A DNA stretch of 15,127 bases, taken from NCBI GenBank assembly GCA_031409335.1, contig JANNWY010000022.1:1-15127 (forward strand). The letters run 5' to 3'. The DNA comes from Chthoniobacteraceae bacterium (GTDB taxonomy: Bacteria > Verrucomicrobiota > Verrucomicrobiia > Chthoniobacterales > Chthoniobacteraceae). Below the pieces are notes generated by a model. The model was not told the DNA's origin. It made no database searches and saw only the letters and a program-made list of their open reading frames with translations. The position numbers and the translations under genes were made by a program. This document shows, in pieces, positions 8,661 through 15,127 of this stretch. How positions within the stretch are numbered: position 1 is the first letter of the stretch; each line of letters starts with the position of its first letter.

Positions 8661-10265
8661 ATGACTGCAAAAATCGCACTCATTCTCGCGCCGCTGTTCG
8701 CACTTTGCGCCGTCGCTGCGCCTGCACCCGACGCCAAGCCCAACATCATCTTCATCTACGCGGACGATTGGGGTTGGGGCGATCTTTCGTGTCACAAGCA
8801 TCCCTGGCTGAAGACGCCGAGCCTCGACAAGCTCGCCAGCGAAGGCACGGATTTCCAGCAGTTCAATGTGCTGAATCCGGTGTGCTCGCCGAGCCGCACG
8901 GCGGCGTTGACGGGGATTTATCCGGCGCGGTTTTCCGTGCATCAGCATTTTGCCGCGCCTGCGCAGAATCATGCGCGCAACATGCCCGACTGGCTGGACG
9001 CGAAAGCGCCGACGCTGCCCCGTTTTCTCAAAGCAGCGGGCTATCGCACGGCGCATTTCGGCAAGTGGCATCTGACCAATCGCGATACGCACGGCGCTGC
9101 GAAACCGGAGGCGTACGGCTACGATGAAGCCGCTGTTTTCAACGGCGGCGCGGAATGGCCGTCGGCAGATTTACACGCCACGGCGGCGAACACGGCGACG
9201 TTCATCAAGGCCAACAAGGCGAAGCCGTTTTTCATCAACGTGTGGCTTCACGAGAGCCACACGCCGCACGTCCCCACGGCGGAATCCATGGAGAAGTGGA
9301 AGCACCTAGACAAACAAAAGCAGGTCTATTCCGCCGTCATCACCGATGGCGACAACGCCGTCGGAACGATCCTCGATGCGCTGAACACGGAAGGCGTGGC
9401 TGACAATACCATCGTTATGTTTTCCAGCGACAACGGCCCGGAATCCACAGCAGCCAAACCGGGACCGGAAAAGCTCGACCCCGATGCGCAAGTCACGGGC
9501 TACGACACCTACTACAGCATCGGACAGACAGGCGGAATGCGTGGCCGCAAACGCAGCTTGTTCGAAGGCGGAGTGCGCGTGCCGTTTATCGTCCGCTGGC
9601 CCGGGCACACCCCGGCGGGCGTGAAGAATAGCGCCACCGTGTTTACCGCCGTCGATCTTCTGCCGACCCTCTGCGCAGCGGCGGGCGTCGCATTACCCGC
9701 CGACTACAACGGCGATGGCGAGAACTTGATCGATGCGTTCAACGGCAAACCGATCAAACGCACCCGACCCGTCCTTTGGCATTGGACAGGAAAGGCCGCG
9801 GAGCCAAATTGGTGGCCGCGCCTCGCGGTGCGCGACGGCAATTGGAAACTCTTGCTCACCGACGATGAGACGCGCGCCGAACTGCACAACCTCGCGAACG
9901 ATCGCGCCGAGGCCATCGACGTCGCAAAAGACAATCCCGAGATCGTCGCCCGGCTCACAAAGCTCGCGCTCGAATGGAAAGCCACGCTGCCGGAGAAACC
10001 GAATCCCGAGTGCATCACCAAGCAATCCATCGACGAAGAGCCAAGTCCGGCGAAGCCCGCTGCCAAAGGTTCGGGGGTCACACCCGCCGCCCGCGACAAA
10101 GCGTTTACCCGCTGGGACACAAACAAGGACGACATCCTCACGCTCGACGAACAACAAGCCGGGCTCAAAGGCCAGGAAGACCTCGAGGCCCGCTTCAAAA
10201 ACTTCGACAAAAACAACGACGGAAAGTTGACCCGCGAGGAGTTCGTCGGCCCGCCATCCAAGTAG
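8661..10265 (+). CDS. S7: secreted Cys-type sulfatase with a C-terminal double EF-hand module
   Basis: ATG 8661 is preferred over TTG 8652. Signal peptide, KPNIIFIYADDWGWGD, CSPSRTAALTG, GKWHL, SDNGPE and RGRKRSLFEGGVRVP. The C-terminus has loops DTNKDDILTLDE and DKNNDGKLTREE. Confidence 0.95.
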   Translation: MTAKIALILAPLFALCAVAAPAPDAKPNIIFIYADDWGWGDLSCHKHPWLKTPSLDKLASEGTDFQQFNVLNPVCSPSRTAALTGIYPARFSVHQHFAAPAQNHARNMPDWLDAKAPTLPRFLKAAGYRTAHFGKWHLTNRDTHGAAKPEAYGYDEAAVFNGGAEWPSADLHATAANTATFIKANKAKPFFINVWLHESHTPHVPTAESMEKWKHLDKQKQVYSAVITDGDNAVGTILDALNTEGVADNTIVMFSSDNGPESTAAKPGPEKLDPDAQVTGYDTYYSIGQTGGMRGRKRSLFEGGVRVPFIVRWPGHTPAGVKNSATVFTAVDLLPTLCAAAGVALPADYNGDGENLIDAFNGKPIKRTRPVLWHWTGKAAEPNWWPRLAVRDGNWKLLLTDDETRAELHNLANDRAEAIDVAKDNPEIVARLTKLALEWKATLPEKPNPECITKQSIDEEPSPAKPAAKGSGVTPAARDKAFTRWDTNKDDILTLDEQQAGLKGQEDLEARFKNFDKNNDGKLTREEFVGPPSK

Positions 10266-10272
10266 CCCGACA

Positions 10273-11891
10273 ATGAAATCGTTATTCACACTCTGTCTGG
10301 TCGCATTGGCACTGGCCGTCGTCGGCGATGCCGTCGCTGCGCCTGCACCCGATGCAAAACCCAACATCGTCTTCCTCCTCTCCGACGATCAAACCATCGG
10401 CGCATTGGGCTGCTATGGAAACAAAGACATCATCACGCCGAACCTCGATAAGCTCGCAACCGACGGCGTGCGCTTCGCGAACCATTACAACACCACGTCC
10501 ATCTGCATGCCCAGCCGGTGCAGCTTGGTGACGGGGCTTTATGAGTATCGCCATGGATGCAACTTCGGTCGCGGTGACTTCGAGCGGCGCATCTTCGCGG
10601 GGACGTATCCCGTGAAGTTGCGACAGGCTGGCTACTTCACCGGGTTCGCCGGGAAGATTGGATTCACCATCGAAGGCGAGAAGTTCGACGCCTTTGAAAA
10701 GGAGTTCGACGTGTGGGCCGGCGGACCGGGGCAGACGAACTACCAGACGGGCAAGAACAAGGGCATCGCGATGTATGCCGACAAGTATCCGCATTGCTCG
10801 CGCGCCTACGGAGCGTGGGCGCAGGATTTCATGAAGAGCGCGAAGCAGAGCGGGAAGCCGTTTTGCATGAGCATCAGCTTCAAGGCACCGCACCTGCCTT
10901 TCACGCCCGATCCGATTGACCTGAAGCTCTATGAGTCCAAGAAGACCTTCACGCGTCCGCTCAACTACGGGGTGGAAAACGGCAAGCATCTCTCGCCGCA
11001 AGTCCACACCAGCCGCGCGGCGACGGGTTATCGCGAGTGGGTGAACGACTACGACAACCATGTGAGGCTCTACTACGCGCTCATCACCGGAGTGGACGCT
11101 GCGGTGGGCATGATTCGCGAAGGGTTGCAACGAGAAGGCCTCGCGCAAAACACCGTCATCATTTTCACCGCCGACAACGGCTACAACAGCGGCTCGCACG
11201 GCTTCGGCGACAAAGTCATCCCCTATGAAGAAGGATCGAAGGCCCGCTCATCATCTACGATCCGCGTCTTCCGAAGGAACACTCGGGCAAAGTGAGCGAT
11301 GCCGTCACCGCCAATGTGGACATGTGCGCGACCATCTTCGCGCTGTCCGGGGTGCCTGCGCCCGAGGGCATCGACGGCAAAAGCTTGCTGCCCTTGCTGG
11401 CGAATCCCGCTGGCCGCGTGCGCGACTGGCTGCCGCTTTTCAACTTCTGGGGCCAGCGGTCCGCGCAATCCATGGCGGTCGTCTCGTCCGAGTGGAAATA
11501 CATCTACTGGTATTACGGCGGTGGCGGAAAGAAGCGCGCGAAGGCCGACGAAATGAAGCCGACCGAGGAGTTGTTTCACCTCGCGAAGGACCGCATCGAG
11601 ATGGCCAACGTCGCCGAAGATTCCCAACTCGCCGAGCAACTCGCGGCAGCGCGAAATGCCTACGACGCCGAACTCGCAGCGATGAAAGCGAAGGTCATCA
11701 AGGGCCACGGCCATGAGCCGTACCCCGTGTTGTTCGACCGCACGTCAGCCTGGGAAACGAAAGAGCCGCTGCTGAAGCTGACCAAGGGCAATGGCGGCGG
11801 TGAGGAGGAGGGCTCGGCAAAACCCAGCGGCGAAAATCCATCGAAGCCCAACAAAAGGGAAGAACGCAAAAAGAAGAAGGAAGCGAAGTGA
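10273..11891 (+). pseudogene. S8: secreted Cys-type sulfatase, split by a 1-nt deletion at the CCC run 11243-11245 (real frameshift or sequencing error)
   Basis: The N-part has KPNIVFLLSDDQ, CMPSRCSLVTG, ADNG and GDKVIPYEEGSK. One extra C gives KAPLIIYDPRLPKEHSGKVSDAVTANVDMCATI, joining ORF 11292-11891 (IDGKSLLPLL, WKYIYW, EELFHL). Confidence 0.88.
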
Positions 11892-12033
11892 ACACCGTCT
11901 TTCAAACCCACCTCTGCCAACTCTTCCGTATCTTCCCACACTGAACCATGAAACCCCTCTCCATCGTGCGCGCGAAATGGCGCTGGCGGCGGACGTTTCA
12001 TTCGACTGATCGGCAACTCACAAAAGCAACAAA

Positions 12034-13479
12034 ATGAAAACACGATATCTGATTGCGATTGTCTGTGCCCTGGCGATGGCGCGTATTTGCTGTGCTGCCA
12101 CCGCACACCCCAATTTCATCGTCTTCATCGCGGACGACCTGTCCTGGCATGACGTGGCGTGTTTCGGCGGACCGACGGACGCCAGGACGCCAAATCTCGA
12201 TCAACTCGCTCGCGAGGGAATCAAATTGACCGGCTTCTATTCGCCTGCGGCCTTCTGCTCGCCGACCCGAAAGGCATTGCTCACGGGAATGTATCCCGTT
12301 CGCAACGGCGCGTATCCGAATCATTCCAGGGTGCGTGATGGGGTGCGCTCGTTGCTTCATCACCTCAAACCGCTGGGGTATCGCACCGCGTGTTTGGGCA
12401 AGACGCATTTTGGGCCGGCGCCGGCGTATCCCTTCGATTCGTTGGCGGGGATGACGGGTGCGAAAGCAAAGGCGGGCGGCGGCGATGATGCCGACGACGG
12501 CGACCTCGATTTTGCAACGCTGGAACGATTCATCAAGGCCGACGTGAACCGCCCCTTTTGCGCCTACATCGCGACTCATGAGCCGCACGCGCCATGGAGC
12601 AAGGGCGACCAGGCCGCCTACGATCCCGCGAAACTGAAACTACCGCCGTATCTCGTCGATACGCCTGAGACGCGCAAGGGACTCGCGGATTACTATGCGG
12701 AAGTCTCACTCCTCGACAAGGAAGTGGGCGCAGCGATGCAGGCATTGGAAAGAACCGGCCAGACCAACAACACGCTGGTTCTGTTCGTCAGCGAACAAGG
12801 CAGCAGCATGCCGCACGGCAAGTGGACGCTATACAATCCAGGCATCCGCGTCGCGGCCATTGCGCGCTGGCCAGGCAAAATCAAGCCCGGAAGCGAGAAC
12901 CCGGCGCTTGTTCAATACGTGGACGTTCTGCCGACATTCATCGCCGCGGCAGGTGGCGACGCCGCCAAAGCAGACACGGGTTGCCCGGATGCAATCGGAA
13001 ATCGCGGCTTCGACGGGCGCAGCTTTCTGGATGTTCTTCTCGGCAAGGCAGAAAAGTTTCGCGATGCGGTTTTCGCGCAGCACACCACGCGCGGCATCAT
13101 CAAGGAATCCAAGCACTATGCGACGCGCGCCGTGTTCGATGGACGGTGGAAGTTGATCGTGAACATTCACTCTGATCACGATTTTCACAATGCTATCAGC
13201 GGCGGGAGCATTCTCGAATCCTGGCGCAAGAAAGGAAGCAACGGCGACGCCTTTGCCGCGGAACAAGCCGCACGCTACGCCAAGCGTCCCGCCATCGAGC
13301 TTTACGATTTGCAAGCGGACCCTTGGGAATTATCCAATCTCGCCAATAAACCCGAACACGCGGCGACCATCGCCACGCTCCGTGGAAAGCTTGATGATTG
13401 GATGAAACAACAAGGCGATCTCGGCGATCAAACTGAGCGCGAAGCATTTCAGCATCAGTCCAAACATCAGTCTCAATAA
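12034..13479 (+). CDS. S9: secreted Cys-type sulfatase, N-sulfoglucosamine sulfohydrolase (sulfamidase)-like
   Basis: Signal peptide, HPNFIVFIADDLS, CSPTRKALLTG, YPVRNGAYPNH, PH, LPPYLVDTPETR, VSEQG, GKWTLY and ELYDLQADPWELSNLA. The subfamily call rests on motif resemblance only. Confidence 0.93.
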   Translation: MKTRYLIAIVCALAMARICCAATAHPNFIVFIADDLSWHDVACFGGPTDARTPNLDQLAREGIKLTGFYSPAAFCSPTRKALLTGMYPVRNGAYPNHSRVRDGVRSLLHHLKPLGYRTACLGKTHFGPAPAYPFDSLAGMTGAKAKAGGGDDADDGDLDFATLERFIKADVNRPFCAYIATHEPHAPWSKGDQAAYDPAKLKLPPYLVDTPETRKGLADYYAEVSLLDKEVGAAMQALERTGQTNNTLVLFVSEQGSSMPHGKWTLYNPGIRVAAIARWPGKIKPGSENPALVQYVDVLPTFIAAAGGDAAKADTGCPDAIGNRGFDGRSFLDVLLGKAEKFRDAVFAQHTTRGIIKESKHYATRAVFDGRWKLIVNIHSDHDFHNAISGGSILESWRKKGSNGDAFAAEQAARYAKRPAIELYDLQADPWELSNLANKPEHAATIATLRGKLDDWMKQQGDLGDQTEREAFQHQSKHQSQ

Positions 13480-13504
13480 AACGAACGAAAAAGGCACAAT
13501 AGAT

Positions 13505-14888
13505 ATGAAGTACTCATTCATGTTTCGCGCGGCTCTCTTGCTGGCTCAGCTCACGACATCTCATGCCGAGGAATCAACTCGGCCGAACTTTCTGTTCATC
13601 ATGACTGATCAACTGCGTATCGACGCCATGAGTTGCGCTGGCAATCCATGGGTGAAGACCCCATCACTTCACGAACTCGCCAGTCGCGGTGTTCGTTTTA
13701 GCCAATCGTATTGCGCCAACCCCTTGTGCACACCGTCGCGTTTTTCGCTGGCGACCTCACGCATGGCTTCCGAGGTAAAATCCAACAAAATTCCAGCTAA
13801 TATGCCAACGACAGGAGTCCTGTTTCGTGCGGCAGGGTACCGGACCGCCTGGACGGGTAAATGGCATGTGCGCTCAAGGTTCCCCGCGTCCGAGTCTGAG
13901 GGCGGCGATCTTCCCGGATTCGAAGTGCTGAAAAACGCAGCGATCCCGGATTTGACAGCAGTCGGCGAGTCGGAGCCAGAAGGCGGCGGAGAAAAAATAG
14001 ACCCTGGCGTCGCAGAGGCTGCAATCGCCTTCCTCAAGGAAAAGCAAACCAAGCCATTCCTTTTGACCGTATCCGTGCTTAACCCCCATGATATGTGCGG
14101 GACGAATGAAGGAAGACTGGCCAGTCAGTTGCCAGTCAGTTTGTCAGATGTTTTGCCGGCGCCGCCTGAAAATCTGAATGCGCCGAACCAGACGGTCACT
14201 CCAATCGAAGGAGGACATCCTCCGAAAGGAAGGAAGAATACTTGGCAGGAATTGTCGTTCAGGAGGTATTCGTATCAATATTATCGTCTAACTGAAAAAA
14301 CCGACACATTGATCGGTAATATATTGGGTGCCCTGAAGGAAAGTGGTCTTGAGAAAAAATACCATTGTTATTTTCACCAGCGATCACGGCGATATGTGTG
14401 GCTCTCATCGCATCACCATGAAGGCGGTGCCTTATGAGGAAGCGATTGCGGTTCCATTCATCATCGCCGGTCCTGGCGTGCCGACCGGTAAGGTGGGCAA
14501 GCATAACCTTGTTTCCGGACTCGATATGCTTCCGACGCTTTGCGATTTGGCGGGGATTCCCGTGCCTGACACATTGCTGGGCAAAAGCATTCGTCCTATT
14601 TTGAGCGATTCCACGGCAGCGTGGAAGGAGGCAATCTTTTTAAACGTCGACGACAATCAACAGCGAGTCGTCCGGACTGCTCGATACAAATACATTTGTC
14701 TGAATCGCCCAAGTGACAACGAGGTCTTGTTTGATTTGCAGCAAGATCCCGGAGAAACGAAAGACTTGGCCAAAGACCCTGGTCTCTCTGCGGTCATTTC
14801 TCGCCACCGGAAACTATTGGACGATTGGATGAAAAAGACCAACGATCCCTTCATGGCTACCGTAAATCGCGGAGGTACTGGCCATTGA
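13505..14888 (+). pseudogene. S10: secreted Cys-type sulfatase (choline-sulfatase-like group), split by a 1-nt insertion in the A6 run 14354-14359; lower GC than the other genes
   Basis: Signal peptide, RPNFLFIMTDQ, CTPSR, GKWH and NPHD. Removing one A gives LEKNTIVIFTSDHGD, which continues into ORF 14343-14888 (PYEEAIAVPFII, DMLPTL, LFDLQQDPGETKDLA). Confidence 0.88.
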
Positions 14889-14902
14889 TAATCCGACTCC
14901 GT

Positions 14903-14990
14903 CATCATCCAGGGTTCCAAGCATTATGCGACCCGCGCCGTGTTTGATGGACGGTGGACGGTGGAAGTTGATCGTGAACATTCACTCTGA
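14903..14990 (+). pseudogene. Decayed fragment of an S9-like sulfatase gene (direct repeat of 13095-13175)
   Basis: Hand alignment to 13095-13175 gives 75 of 81 nt identical, plus a 7-nt tandem duplication (tggacgg twice) that breaks the frame. Up to the duplication it encodes IIQGSKHYATRAVFDGRW, versus IIKESKHYATRAVFDGRW in S9. Confidence 0.88.
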
Positions 14991-15127
14991 CCCGAATGGC
15001 ATTAAGTTAAGCGTCCTTTTGGATAAGTATGCGTGGCCGGTTTCGATGGGGTGGAACACGCATCTCCGCTCTTGGCTTGGTTAGTAAGTGATAGTTCTTC
15101 GCGCGGCGCTTCTTTGCGCGCGGTTCG

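Noticed and set aside
811..11199. Long antisense ORFs (811-1776, 2386-3117, 4259-5683, 5628-6305, 7125-8435, 10282-11199)
   Set aside because: They lie opposite well-supported sulfatase genes, have no recognisable motifs, and are expected as shadow ORFs in high-GC3 coding DNA.
14354..14359. Programmed ribosomal frameshift or transcriptional slippage at the A6 run
   Set aside because: It would need a +1 shift, the run is short, and no stimulatory element is evident. An error or simple mutation is more parsimonious.
11292..14888. ORFs 11292-11891 and 14343-14888 as separate small genes
   Set aside because: They are the C-terminal halves of S8 and S10 and join seamlessly after a one-base correction.
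15029..15122. Short inverted repeats at the window end (atgcgtg/cacgcat 15029-15063; cgcgcg...cgcgcg about 15100-15122)
   Set aside because: The stems are only 6-7 bp with long loops and no U-tract, compatible with chance. The downstream context is cut off.
1..15127. Integron cassette array, CRISPR, or diversity-generating retroelement as the cause of the repeats
   Set aside because: Most spacers are too short for attC sites and share no such structure. There are no regularly spaced repeats and no integrase, RT or cas gene. Mismatches in the S9/relic pair are not adenine-specific, as a DGR TR/VR pair would require.

Overview
The window is almost entirely a co-oriented (+ strand) tandem array of ten formylglycine-dependent (S1 family) sulfatase genes, S1-S10. 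The first is cut by the window edge. The nine complete genes carry the Cys-type C-x-P-x-R motif and Sec-type signal peptides. No glycoside hydrolase, transporter, regulator, FGE/anSME maturase or transposase lies between them. High GC3 usage, starts without Shine-Dalgarno motifs (mostly ATG AAA) and the sulfatase density suggest a Verrucomicrobiota/Planctomycetota genome (inference). Three genes are split by single-base indels in short homopolymers, which may be sequencing errors. The array shows signs of modular evolution: an A-B-C-A'-B' duplication, paralogues that differ mainly in one internal segment, N-termini apparently exchanged at the K-P-N-I junction, the same 53-aa double EF-hand module on two dissimilar sulfatases, recurrent Lys/Arg-rich tails, a low-GC last gene followed by a decayed fragment of a paralogue of its neighbour, and REP-like hairpins in the one large gap. 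No rRNA, tRNA or CRISPR was seen.
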